DNA from: a candidate division WOR-3 bacterium
GTDB lineage: Bacteria > Hydrothermota > UBA3072
NCBI GenBank assembly: GCA_016930175.1
Contig: JAFGHJ010000006.1
Coordinates: 68,086-132,085, forward strand
Direction: 5' to 3'
Length of the DNA: 64,000 nt
Positions within the stretch are counted from its first letter, which is position 1. Every line of letters starts with the position of its first letter. The position numbers and the translations under genes are program-made. The notes under the pieces were generated by a model. The model was not told the origin of the DNA, did not search any database, and saw only the letters and a program-made list of their open reading frames with translations. Below, one piece after another: positions 1 to 9,785 of this stretch.

Positions 1-600
1 TGTAAGCGGCACGACAGGGTCTCCGATGTTGGCTTCACGTGAGAGAATTGTTCCGGACACGGGCGAACGAATTATAGCGTCAAGAGCAGCCCCTCCGACT
101 TTAGCCTTTCCTTTTTCCATTAGATCCAAGCTCTGTTTTGCAAGATTGTACGTGGACTGCGTTTCCTGGAGTTCCTGCTGCATATTTTCGTATTCCTTAT
201 CCGATATCAATTCTTTTTCGAAAAGAGTTCGCTTTCTTTCGATATCTTTCTTCGCATTTTCTAACCTAATTTTTGCCACTTCTACTTCTTTTCTGACAGA
301 AGCAAGTTCAAAAGGAGTTGGAGTTGGACTTACTTCAAAAATAGGATCGCCCTTCTTCACCACATCTCCGATTTCAACAAACACTTTTTTTATTACTCCC
401 GAAAAGGCAGATTTCACACTCGTCTCATACTTAACCTCGATAGTGCCGAGCGCAACCGCCACATCCCTGATGTTCCCTTTTGTTACTTTTACAGCAGGAT
501 TTTGCTCAACATTCCCATTCCCGTTTCTAAAAGCAAACAAAAGAAAAACGACTGGCACAATAGACAAAGATACAATCATGAGCTTTTTCTTGCGAAACAT
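1..600 (-). CDS. Efflux/secretion periplasmic adaptor (HlyD/membrane-fusion protein family). Partial: the 3' end runs off the window.
   Basis: My own minus-strand translation from the ATG at 600-598 gives MFRKKKLMIVSLSIVPVVFLL, a signal/TM anchor, then a coiled-coil-rich region and a beta-barrel-like region typical of MFP/HlyD adaptors. There is no stop before position 1, so the ORF track does not list it. The listed + strand ORF 26..607 is low-complexity and likely spurious. Confidence 0.55.
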   Translation of the reverse strand, partial: MFRKKKLMIVSLSIVPVVFLLFAFRNGNGNVEQNPAVKVTKGNIRDVAVALGTIEVKYETSVKSAFSGVIKKVFVEIGDVVKKGDPIFEVSPTPTPFELASVRKEVEVAKIRLENAKKDIERKRTLFEKELISDKEYENMQQELQETQSTYNLAKQSLDLMEKGKAKVGGAALDAIIRSPVSGTILSREANIGDPVVPLT

Positions 601-699
601 TATTTAACCTCCTTTACAAATCTAAAAATTTTACCCAAATTCACCTCTTTTTCTGTTTGACGAAATCACAAACAAAAAAGTTTCAAGCAATCAACTTTT

Positions 700-950
700 T
701 GTATATACAAAACTATCACAAAAAAATTCAATATAAACCAAACCTCTTTTTTGCAAATTTACAAAACTAACTTTGTATTATTGAATTAATACAAAATTAT
801 TGTAATGAAATTTATGTTATTTGTCAAGAGCTTTTTTAAACTATGCCTCTGGCTTTTAGCTGTTATCCAAAAACAATGAGTGCTCTTTTTTGTATTAGAT
901 GGCTGTTAAAATATATTTTCGGTAGGCTGGGATTCTAATTTCTAACTGTT
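700..950. repeat. Copy A of a duplicated intergenic element. The core 821-948 is ~85% identical to 34680-34812.
   Basis: Direct comparison of the two regions. Shared blocks are TTGTCAAG..TTTTAAACTATGC..TGGCTTTTAGCTGTT..AAAAACAA..TTTTTGTATTA.ATGGCTGTTAAAATAT..TTTCGGT..GGGATTCTAA.TTCTAAC, plus an upstream TATATACAAA block. Confidence 0.5.
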
Positions 951-1120
951 TACTTTTTTTTACAATTTCACATTCCGGTTTATTGGCTCTTCGTCCGTGG
1001 CCTCAATATAATTTTATTATAAAGCTGAAAGCCAACAGCCGAAAGCGAATAGCTAAGTGCCAATATTTGATTTTTAAGGCTTTTTCGTGATAGTTTCTCT
1101 AGGGATAAAAATCAGATTTA

Positions 1121-2440
1121 TTAAATAGACGAAAGGATTCGGGCAAGCTCGTCCATCTCGTTCTTAGTTCTTTTTTCCGTTACGGAAACGAGAAGGTGTT
1201 TCCGCCACTCTTTTTTGAATTTGCCAAGGTTAATACCGGCAAGGTATCCTTTTTTAACTCCCTTTTTGATTGCTTTTTCCGCTCCTGCTGGAATTTCAAC
1301 AACAAACTCTCTAAAAAATTTTTGTTTATATGGAAGTTTAAGCCCCGCCTTTTGTAGTATTTCTGCAAGATAATGAGCTTTCTGAGTTGTTTTGTTCGCT
1401 ATTTCTCTTATTCCTTCCCATCCATGAAGAGCAAGGTATATTGCGGAGGAAAGGGCACAAAGTTGCTGGTTCGTACAGATATTAGATGTCGCTTTTTCTC
1501 TTCTTATGTGTTGTTCACGGGTTTGAAGGACCATTACATAACCTTCCTTCCCTTTCTTGTCTACTGTTTTCCCGGCTATTCTTCCAGGCATACTTCTTAT
1601 ATGTTTTTTCATCGAGGTTAGTATCCCGAGATACGGCCCACCGAGGTTCATATGGACACCCAAACATTGTCCTTCTGCTGTTGCGATATCTACCCTGTAT
1701 TCCCCCGGTGTTTTTAGTATACCAAGAGATATCGGATCAAAATGCAAAACAACAATAACATCATGTTCTTGAGCTACTTTCACGAATTCTTCTACTTCCT
1801 CAAGATTCCCCAGGAAATTAGGATGTTGAATCGCTATGCAAGCAGCCCCCTCATCAATTTTACTAACCTGATCTGTATCCGTTATGCCATCTTTAAGAGA
1901 TAGAGTTTCAAATAAATAATTTTCCCCTAGATATGTTTTTATAACCTCGATGTAATAAGGATTGATTCCTTCTGAGACAACTACTTTGTTTCTATCGGAG
2001 TTTATTGCGAATGCCATAAATATAGCTTCCCCGAGAGCAGTTGCCCCATCATAAATAGAAGCGTTTGAAACTTCCATTCCGGTTAATTCGCAAATCATCG
2101 ATTGATATTCGTAGATCGCCTGGAGAGTCCCCTGAGAAACCTCCGGCTGATAAGGAGTGTAAGAAGTATAGAACTCAGGCATCCCGGTCAGATGCCCTAT
2201 AGCTGAAGGCACGTAGTGATCATAAACTCCGCCGCCGGCAAAAACTATTAAATCCTTGTTGAGTTTAGCCGTTTTAAGTGTTTCCTCTTTTATTGCCATT
2301 TCAGATAGAAAAGAAGGAAGATTTAGGGAGCTTTTTAAATGCATCTCTTCAGGAATTGCTGAAAGTAAATCGGCTATTCCCTTACCTATGGTTTTGAGCA
2401 TTTCTTTCTGCTGATTTTTATTTACTGGATTAAAATTCAC
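1121..2440 (-). CDS. gcvPA: Glycine dehydrogenase (decarboxylating) subunit 1, the N-terminal P-protein half
   Basis: 439 aa, which is the expected size and N-terminal region of GcvPA. It is co-oriented and translationally coupled with gcvH and gcvT. Confidence 0.8.
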   Translation of the reverse strand: MNFNPVNKNQQKEMLKTIGKGIADLLSAIPEEMHLKSSLNLPSFLSEMAIKEETLKTAKLNKDLIVFAGGGVYDHYVPSAIGHLTGMPEFYTSYTPYQPEVSQGTLQAIYEYQSMICELTGMEVSNASIYDGATALGEAIFMAFAINSDRNKVVVSEGINPYYIEVIKTYLGENYLFETLSLKDGITDTDQVSKIDEGAACIAIQHPNFLGNLEEVEEFVKVAQEHDVIVVLHFDPISLGILKTPGEYRVDIATAEGQCLGVHMNLGGPYLGILTSMKKHIRSMPGRIAGKTVDKKGKEGYVMVLQTREQHIRREKATSNICTNQQLCALSSAIYLALHGWEGIREIANKTTQKAHYLAEILQKAGLKLPYKQKFFREFVVEIPAGAEKAIKKGVKKGYLAGINLGKFKKEWRKHLLVSVTEKRTKNEMDELARILSSI

Positions 2441-2826
2441 TCTTCTTGAATTACTTTTTTATATTCGGAAGGCACAAGCAGGGTTTCTAATTCGGCTGGG
2501 TCAGAAACTTTTATTTTTACTATCCAACCAGTATCATAGGGGTCCTTATTTATTAATTCCGGCTTCTTTTCCAGCTCTTTGTTAACCTTAACAATTTTTC
2601 CGGAAACAGCTGCGTAAAGATCGGTTACCGTTTTTACGGCTTCAATTGTTGCAATAGAATCTCCCTGAACTACTTCTTGACCTACTTCCGGCAATTCTAT
2701 AAAAACAATATCCTGAAGTTCAGCTTGCGCAAAATCCGTTATCCCCTCGGTAATTTCACCGTTTTCTTTTCTTGCCCACTCGTGATCTTCGGTATACAAA
2801 AGATCTTTCGGTATTTTTATTTCCAT
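2437..2826 (-). CDS. gcvH: Glycine cleavage system H protein
   Basis: 129 aa with the lipoyl-lysine motif region (SIATIEAVKTVTDLYAAVSG). Overlaps the gcvPA start by 4 nt. Confidence 0.9.
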   Translation of the reverse strand: MEIKIPKDLLYTEDHEWARKENGEITEGITDFAQAELQDIVFIELPEVGQEVVQGDSIATIEAVKTVTDLYAAVSGKIVKVNKELEKKPELINKDPYDTGWIVKIKVSDPAELETLLVPSEYKKVIQEE

Positions 2827-2857
2827 CTCCCCTCCATTTTTATACTTGATTTAAAAT

Positions 2858-3985
2858 TCAGCCGCTTTGTTTCTTTTCTAAACTCGTCTTTTTAACTGTT
2901 CCATGTTTCCAGAACGGCAACTTAATGATTTCTCCCTCCGTAGCCGTATTTCTTATTTCGATCTCTACTTTTGTTCCCACTTTGTCATACGGCTTACTAA
3001 TATAGCCCAACGCAATGGAAGAGCCCATATTAGGAGAGTAATTCCCGCTTGTAATTATTCCTACCTCTTCTTGTTTTATCAATATTCTATTACCGTGTCT
3101 GGGAATTCTCTTACCCGGCACTAAAATCCCAACCAGTTTCCTTTTTACTCCCTCTTCTTTTTGTTTCAATAAAACGTCTTTCCCTATAAAATTTTTCTTA
3201 TCTAAAGAAACAACCCAGGATAGGTTCGCTTCCAGAGGAGTCGTTTCTGCTGTTATATCGTTACCGTAGAGGCAGTATCCCATTTCCAGCCTGAGTAAAT
3301 CCCTCGCACCTAAACCACAGGGAGAAATATCATATTGCTTCCCCTCTTTCATGATTCTATCCCATATTTTTTCAGCCTCACTGCTTTTACCGTAAACTTC
3401 AAATCCATCCTCGCCTGTATAACCTGTTCTTGAAAGTAAAACTGGTATGTCTAATATGTTTTCTTTTTTAGAATGATAAAATTTTAAATCTGAAGGGTCA
3501 TTTTTTACTATTCTCTTTATGATTTTTTCTGATAACGGTCCCTGTAAAGCGATTTGAAAATAATTTTCGCTGACGTTCTGAACTTCTACGCCACCGTTTT
3601 CATGCTTCTTGATCCAGTCGAAATCTTTTTTCTGGTTTGATGCATTTACCACTATCAAATATTTCTCCTCAAGCTTATAGATTAGAAGGTCATCTATTAT
3701 TCCTCCTCTTTCATTCAACATTACGGTATATTTTGCCTGAAAATCTTTGATTTTAGATATATCAAATGTTACGAGGCAGTTAATAAATTCTGTTGCATTG
3801 TCGCCAGAAACCTCGATTTCACCCATATGAGACACATCAAATAATCCCGCAGAATTCCGCACAGCTTTTGTCTCTTTAAATATGGATGAATATTGCATAG
3901 GCATTCTGTAATTAGCAAAGTCTACAATATTAGCATTTAACTCCACGTGTTTCTTGTATAGAGGTGTTTTGTTTTTTTCTTCCAT
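2858..3985 (-). CDS. gcvT: Aminomethyltransferase (glycine cleavage T protein)
   Basis: 375 aa with the GcvT-family fold. First gene of the gcvT-H-PA cluster. Confidence 0.85.
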   Translation of the reverse strand: MEEKNKTPLYKKHVELNANIVDFANYRMPMQYSSIFKETKAVRNSAGLFDVSHMGEIEVSGDNATEFINCLVTFDISKIKDFQAKYTVMLNERGGIIDDLLIYKLEEKYLIVVNASNQKKDFDWIKKHENGGVEVQNVSENYFQIALQGPLSEKIIKRIVKNDPSDLKFYHSKKENILDIPVLLSRTGYTGEDGFEVYGKSSEAEKIWDRIMKEGKQYDISPCGLGARDLLRLEMGYCLYGNDITAETTPLEANLSWVVSLDKKNFIGKDVLLKQKEEGVKRKLVGILVPGKRIPRHGNRILIKQEEVGIITSGNYSPNMGSSIALGYISKPYDKVGTKVEIEIRNTATEGEIIKLPFWKHGTVKKTSLEKKQSG

Positions 3986-4082
3986 TTTATGTTGGTTGAA
4001 TTTAGTATTACAAACAGATTAAATTTGTCAAGGCCTTTTGTTTAAAAAACCACCTTATTTTTGTAAGTTGCTCCCATCTGAA

Positions 4083-5246
4083 CTAATTTTTCTTTTCCCT
4101 TACCAAGGAAAAAAGCAAGATTGAAGCTATCCCCGCAAGACTTGCTCCATATGCGAAAGCCGCAAAAGATCCCAAATTTTGCCATATAAAACCAAAGATT
4201 ACGCTTGAAGGAAATGCGGCAATCCCGACGGCAAGATGGTAGAAGCCGAAAGCGGTACCCTGAAATTTCTTACTCACAAGGTCGCTCACAAACGCCTTCT
4301 CTACACCTTCCGTAAGACCAAAGTACACACCATAAAGGGCAAACAAACCCCATATATGAAATATCCGGGAAGAGAGTCCAAAACCGAGATATATAAGCGC
4401 GTAAACGATCCATCCACCAACTATCACTTTTCGTCTTCCGACCTTATCGGACCATTCTCCTCCGGGAATCGAAGTCGTCATCTTCACAAAATGAAGAACA
4501 ATCCAGAGAAGAGGTATAAGAGAAGTAGTGATACCGATATCTTTTGCTTTTAAAATGAGGAACGCATCCGATGAATTACCAAGAGCAAAAACGATAAGTA
4601 TGATTAGATATGCTTTAAAATTTCTTGAGAGTACAGAAAACTTAAAATCTACACTCTTTGCTTTTGCCTCGATTTTCTTTTCTCTCACAAAGAAAAATAC
4701 AATAAAGACAGTTATAATTCCGGGGAGTAGAGCCCAGGCAAACAAGCTTTTAAGATTCATTCCAATTTTCAGTAGGATTATAGCGCAAAGCGGACCTATT
4801 ATTGCCCCAGCATGATCCATCGCTCTATGTAAACTAAAAGCTTTTCCTTTTATATCTTCCGGAGTAGAAAGAGATATAAGAGCATCCCTGGGAGAAGTCC
4901 TTATACCTTTACCCAGACGATCTACGAACCTTATAGCCGCGACCTGCCACCAGTATCTACTTAAAGCGATTACAGGTCTTCCGAGTGCGGCCAGGGAATA
5001 GCCGATTAAAATAAGTATTTTCCTCTTCCTTATCTTATCCGAAAACCACCCGGAAAACAATTTAAGAAGACTGGCAGTTGATTCCGCGATACCTTCAATA
5101 ACACCTAAAGCTCCGGCACCGACTCCAAGAACAGAAGTAAGAAAAATAGGCAAGAGAGGATAAATCATTTCACTTGCCGCATCGTTAAGAAGGCTTACAA
5201 AACCCAGAGCTTTAACATTTCCGGGAACATCCTTAAACAATTTCAT
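4083..5246 (-). CDS. MFS-type transporter
   Basis: 387 aa, about 12 hydrophobic segments, glycine-rich loops typical of the major facilitator superfamily. Confidence 0.65.
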   Translation of the reverse strand: MKLFKDVPGNVKALGFVSLLNDAASEMIYPLLPIFLTSVLGVGAGALGVIEGIAESTASLLKLFSGWFSDKIRKRKILILIGYSLAALGRPVIALSRYWWQVAAIRFVDRLGKGIRTSPRDALISLSTPEDIKGKAFSLHRAMDHAGAIIGPLCAIILLKIGMNLKSLFAWALLPGIITVFIVFFFVREKKIEAKAKSVDFKFSVLSRNFKAYLIILIVFALGNSSDAFLILKAKDIGITTSLIPLLWIVLHFVKMTTSIPGGEWSDKVGRRKVIVGGWIVYALIYLGFGLSSRIFHIWGLFALYGVYFGLTEGVEKAFVSDLVSKKFQGTAFGFYHLAVGIAAFPSSVIFGFIWQNLGSFAAFAYGASLAGIASILLFSLVREKKN

Positions 5247-5426
5247 AAATTCTTTATCTCCAAAAAATACTTATATTTCATATTTAAAAAGTCAAGTGTT
5301 AAACTTATTTTTCTATATCGGAAATTATTCAAAATTTTGCATAAAAGCTCTTTAAGCCAAATAAGTCCTATAGCCTTATTATATTAATTTTTTAAAGAGA
5401 AAACAGGCAATGAAAAAAAAGCACAA

Positions 5427-5490
5427 ATGAATAAATTTTCATAAAAAATTGAATTTTCGTCTTGACAATTAAAAAATTTAAGGTATTATA
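5427..5490 (+). promoter_or_regulatory. Putative ArgR operator (tandem ARG boxes) overlapping a sigma70-like promoter of argGH
   Basis: aTGAATAAATTTTCAt at 5427-5442, a second TGAAT-containing half-site at 5449-5459, then TTGACA at 5462-5467, a 17-nt spacer and ATTATA at 5485-5490. An argR gene lies downstream in the same cluster. Confidence 0.45.
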
Positions 5491-5519
5491 AAACACTGTC
5501 GATTATTTAGGAGGGTAAA

Positions 5520-6740
5520 ATGAAAAAAGAAGTAAAAAAAGTGGTTCTCGCATACTCAGGAGGGCTGGACACAACTGTAATCCTACACTGGCTTAAGGAG
5601 AACTACAATTGTAAGGTAATTACGTTCACCGCGGATCTTGGTCAAGAAGACGAATTAGAAGGGCTTGAAGAAAAAGCTATTTCTTCGGGAGCAGATAAGG
5701 CTTATGTGGTGGACTTAAAAGAAGAATTTATCACGGATTACGTTTTCCCTGTCCTAAAAGCCGGAGCAATATATGAAGGAACTTATCTGTTGGGAACCTC
5801 TTTTGCACGTCCGATAGCGGCAAAAGAACAGGTCAAAATAGCAGAAAAAGAGGGAGCAGACGCGGTTGCCCATGGATGTACAGGGAAAGGCAACGACCAG
5901 GTGCGTTTCGAATTAACGTATAAGGCTTTAAATCCCAAACTAAAGATAATTGCTCCATGGAGAGAATGGAATTTAAAGTCCAGAGAAGACGAAATAGATT
6001 ATGCGAAGAAGCATGGACTAGCTACTACGATTACAAAGGAAAAAATTTACAGCAACGATACCAACCTATGGCATCGAAGTACAGAGGGAGGAATCCTGGA
6101 AGACCCGTGGAATGAATTCCCCAAAAATGCTTATGGGTTTACCAAATCGCCAGAGGATGCTCCCGACGAATCCGAAACCGTAGAAATAGAGTTTAAAAAA
6201 GGAATCCCGGTAGCGGTCAACGGGGATAAGTTATCTCCGGTAGATTTGCTTATAGAATTAAACAAATTAGGCAAGAAACACGGCGTCGGTATGGTTGACA
6301 TGGTCGAAAACCGTCTTGTGGGAATTAAATCCCGCGGCGTTTATGAAACTCCCGGGGGAACTATACTTTATGAGGCTCACAAACAATTAGAAAGCATAAT
6401 ACTTGACGCAAATACTCTCCATCATAAAATGGACGTTGCGAACCTATATTCACGTTTGGTCTACTACGGTTTGTGGTTTTCCGAATTAAAGGAAGCCTTG
6501 GATGCTTTTATAGATAAAACCCAGGAAAAAGTAAGCGGAGTTGTTCGGTTAAAGCTTTATAAGGGCAACGTAATTACTTTAGGTCGAAAGTCAAAGTTTT
6601 CTACGTACAGAGAGGACTTCGCCACATTCGGAGAAGATCAGATTTACAATCAGAAAGACGCAGAGGGATTCATTAATCTTTATGGCTTACAATTAACTAT
6701 ACGAGGGCTAAAGAAGCTCGAAGAAGAAGGGAAGCTTTAG
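5520..6740 (+). CDS. argG: Argininosuccinate synthase
   Basis: 406 aa. The N-terminus [10 protein letters not shown] is the PP-loop ATP pyrophosphatase motif. RBS GGAGGG upstream. Confidence 0.95.
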   Translation: MKKEVKKVVLAYSGGLDTTVILHWLKENYNCKVITFTADLGQEDELEGLEEKAISSGADKAYVVDLKEEFITDYVFPVLKAGAIYEGTYLLGTSFARPIAAKEQVKIAEKEGADAVAHGCTGKGNDQVRFELTYKALNPKLKIIAPWREWNLKSREDEIDYAKKHGLATTITKEKIYSNDTNLWHRSTEGGILEDPWNEFPKNAYGFTKSPEDAPDESETVEIEFKKGIPVAVNGDKLSPVDLLIELNKLGKKHGVGMVDMVENRLVGIKSRGVYETPGGTILYEAHKQLESIILDANTLHHKMDVANLYSRLVYYGLWFSELKEALDAFIDKTQEKVSGVVRLKLYKGNVITLGRKSKFSTYREDFATFGEDQIYNQKDAEGFINLYGLQLTIRGLKKLEEEGKL

Positions 6741-6746
6741 CGAAAA

Positions 6747-8141
6747 ATGGGAAAAGGAAAAATCTGGAAAGGCCGTTTTTCTAAAGAAACGGACGTGGAA
6801 ATGGAAAAATTCAGTCATTCAATAGAAACAGATAAACTTCTGTTCTCGGAAGACTTGGCTGTAAATAAAGCCTGGGCTCAAGGTCTAAATAAGATTGGCA
6901 TTCTATCAAACAAAGAAACGAAAGAAATTTTAAACGCTCTTGGAGTTATAAAGGAAGAGTTTTCGAGCGATAATTTTGCTATACAATCGGGCGATGAAGA
7001 CATTCACAGCGCAATAGAACGCAGACTGACAGAAATCACGGGAGTTATCGGAGAAAAAATACATACTGGACGGAGTCGCAATGATCAGGTAATGACAGAT
7101 TTACTTCTCTATTTGAAAAAGGCTCTTCTAGAGATTCTGGAACAAATTGCAGAACTAGAAAAAACCGTGGTCGACAAGGCAAAAGATAACTTCGATTTGA
7201 TAATGCCCGGCTATACGCATCTTCAGCAGGCTCAACCAATTCTTTTCTCCCATTACCTGCTCTCTCTTTTCTGGCTTATAGAACGAGACAAAGAATCTCT
7301 ATTGCTGGGTTTAAAGCATTGCGGTATTATGCCTTTAGGCTCAGCGGCTCTTGCCGGAACGGGGTTTCCTGTCGACCTAAAAACTCTTGCCCGAGACTTA
7401 GGTTTCAACGAGCTCAGCAATAACAGTTTGGATATAACAGCACACCGTGATATTCCGACATCTATTAGCTTTACTCTGACAACGATAATTTCACATTTGA
7501 GCCGCTATGCGTCAGATCTTATACTATGGTCAACCGATGAGTTCGGTTTCGTAGAAATAGACGATAAATATGCCACAGGCAGCAGCATTATGCCTCAGAA
7601 GAAAAATCCTGACAGTTTAGAGCTTATAAGAGGAAAAGCCGCTTCAGCCATAGGGCATCTCACAGCTCTTCTGTCTCTGTGTCAAGGTCTTCCGCATTCG
7701 TATAATCGGGATTTACAGGAAGACAAAAAACACATTTTCGAAATTGTTGGAATTACAAAAGGCTCTTTGGAGATATTCTCAGGTGTTTTAAAAACCCTAA
7801 AAGTAAATAAAGAAAGAATTACTCGAGCTCTTTCTTCAGCCCTTCTCGCCACTGAGATGGCAGACTATCTCACGGAAAAAGGAGTCCCCTTCAGAACTGC
7901 GCACACAACCACAGGAAACATTGTTAAGTGGGCAAAGAACAACAATACAGCTCTAAATGAAGTGCCCTTAAGCAAATTAAAGGATTTCTCATCATTGTTT
8001 GAAGAAGAAATTTATGATTACCTCAACTTTAAGAATGCTCTTTCTCGACGCAACTCAACCGGAGGAACAGGGGAGAAATCCGTGAAAGAGCAAATAAATA
8101 AAGCAAGCAAGATTATAAGAAATCCAAAGTCCAAACTTTAA
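6747..8141 (+). CDS. argH: Argininosuccinate lyase
   Basis: 464 aa of the fumarate-lyase family. The GSSIMPQKKNPD signature is present. Confidence 0.9.
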   Translation: MGKGKIWKGRFSKETDVEMEKFSHSIETDKLLFSEDLAVNKAWAQGLNKIGILSNKETKEILNALGVIKEEFSSDNFAIQSGDEDIHSAIERRLTEITGVIGEKIHTGRSRNDQVMTDLLLYLKKALLEILEQIAELEKTVVDKAKDNFDLIMPGYTHLQQAQPILFSHYLLSLFWLIERDKESLLLGLKHCGIMPLGSAALAGTGFPVDLKTLARDLGFNELSNNSLDITAHRDIPTSISFTLTTIISHLSRYASDLILWSTDEFGFVEIDDKYATGSSIMPQKKNPDSLELIRGKAASAIGHLTALLSLCQGLPHSYNRDLQEDKKHIFEIVGITKGSLEIFSGVLKTLKVNKERITRALSSALLATEMADYLTEKGVPFRTAHTTTGNIVKWAKNNNTALNEVPLSKLKDFSSLFEEEIYDYLNFKNALSRRNSTGGTGEKSVKEQINKASKIIRNPKSKL

Positions 8142-8159
8142 TTATGCGAGGATACAACA

Positions 8160-8606
8160 ATGTCTAAAAGTAAAAACAAGCGATTAGAAATAGTCAGAAG
8201 CATTTTAAACGAAAACAAAATACATTCACAGGTCGAATTAAAAGAGAGACTGAAAGAATGTAATGTAAAAATTTCCCAATCTACGCTTTCTCGAGACCTG
8301 AAGGAGCTTGGTTACATAAGAGCTCCAATAGGTGACGGAACTTACAGAATAATAAAAGTAGAGGGCGGAGAAGAAAGGCTCGACCTTCTTTTTAGATTGG
8401 GTCTTGTCGAGCTTTATCATGTAAATAACATCATTGTAATAAAAACCAAAACCGGCAATGCCCAAGCCGTCTGTACAGCCATAGATCATGCCAGAATAGA
8501 TGGAATTGCCGGTACTCTCGCCGGGGACGATACTATTTTTGCTCTAGCAACCAACAAAGCAGTCGCAAACAGGGTCGTTGCTGAACTTAAAAAATATATA
8601 GGATAA
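8160..8606 (+). CDS. argR: Arginine repressor
   Basis: 148 aa. N-terminal winged-helix (SQVELKERLKE..ISQSTLSRDLKELG) and a C-terminal oligomerisation domain. Follows argGH directly. Confidence 0.85.
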   Translation: MSKSKNKRLEIVRSILNENKIHSQVELKERLKECNVKISQSTLSRDLKELGYIRAPIGDGTYRIIKVEGGEERLDLLFRLGLVELYHVNNIIVIKTKTGNAQAVCTAIDHARIDGIAGTLAGDDTIFALATNKAVANRVVAELKKYIG

Positions 8607-8771
8607 GTAAGAATTTATTAAACCACGAAACACGCGAAATACACTAAAACCCACCACCCTTTTTTGAATTTGTATTAAAAAAACACACCAAACACCCACG
8701 CACCAACACATTAACTTTAGTTGTTTTTTTACTCGATCTTCTTACCTCCTGGACCCTTGATTCCTATTCTT

Positions 8772-9188
8772 TTACTTAAAAACAACCGCAACGCCTGTAG
8801 CGGTTTTATCGATTTTAACTTGTCTTGTTCTACTTACAACGTGATGTTTCCAGGGGCCCTTCCCGACAACATTATGATGGTTAGTCACGTACACCGTCGG
8901 ATCTATATCATATTCAACAAGCATAATCCCGTCAGCCCCAATTTCGCGGGCTTTCTTAATCATCAACGCATTCAATTCGACCCTTCTTGCGTCTTTCCCG
9001 AGATTCGCTTCGATTATCCCGATAACATGGTGAGGTCTTTTTATTTTATCCTGAGTCAACGCAATCTCAGCATCGGCAGCCTTGGGTCTTTCTATGTATG
9101 ATTCATCAATTTTTGTATATTTAACGTTAGAAGACGAACAACCATTTGACAGAAGAATAACCAAAAGAACCAAACTTAACCTTTTCAT
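8772..9188 (-). CDS. Lipoprotein, possibly of the YdgH/BhsA/McbA (DUF1471) stress-protein type
   Basis: Signal peptide with a lipobox (LLSNGC). The segment VIGIIEANLGKDARRVELNALMIKKAREIGADGIMLV resembles the DUF1471 repeat. Confidence 0.4.
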   Translation of the reverse strand: MKRLSLVLLVILLSNGCSSSNVKYTKIDESYIERPKAADAEIALTQDKIKRPHHVIGIIEANLGKDARRVELNALMIKKAREIGADGIMLVEYDIDPTVYVTNHHNVVGKGPWKHHVVSRTRQVKIDKTATGVAVVFK

Positions 9189-9225
9189 CTGGCCTCCTTT
9201 TTTATAAAAATCTAGCCCTACTCTA

Positions 9226-9576
9226 TCAAGCTTTAGCTTTGAAAACTACAGTGGTGAAGAGTTCTATTATAAAACCGTAGATGATACCCATTACCACAGT
9301 CATAATGAAAAGCATGTTAGGGGTAAATTGCCCGCCTGCCCCTAGCATACTGGAGAAACCCATAGGTATACTAAAAACAAGTCCCATAATTGGACCATGC
9401 AACCACCATTTTATTTTTAATGCGCTGATACCTATAGCAACCCCTATCAACATTCTTCCGGTTACGATTGAGATAGAAAGAACTAAAGGTAACTGTCCTT
9501 CCGACGATGAGAGAAACCAACAAATAACTCCACAGATTAGACCAAATATTGTAGCAATAGCAATTCTTTTCCCCAT
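9226..9576 (-). CDS. Small integral membrane protein
   Basis: 116 aa with 3-4 hydrophobic helices. No recognisable family. Confidence 0.4.
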   Translation of the reverse strand: MGKRIAIATIFGLICGVICWFLSSSEGQLPLVLSISIVTGRMLIGVAIGISALKIKWWLHGPIMGLVFSIPMGFSSMLGAGGQFTPNMLFIMTVVMGIIYGFIIELFTTVVFKAKA

Positions 9577-9785
9577 AATAAACCCTCCTTAATTTTACTC
9601 CATTATAAGGAACTGCCAATCTGATGTCAAGGTTAAAGATAAAAAAAACAGCCACTTTTTTGATTTTTAAGAGTCTTTGAGTGTTTCCCTTTTTTTAAAA
9701 AAGGAATTGCACATGCGGGATAAGTGATTATAATACAAAAAATTTTAGTTTTTTTCGTGTGTTTAGTGGTTTAAATTTTCTAAAG

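Noticed and set aside
26-607. Listed + strand ORF of 193 aa
   Set aside because: Its translation is low-complexity and Ser/Phe-rich with no motifs. The opposite strand encodes a convincing HlyD/MFP adaptor N-terminus starting at the ATG at 600-598.
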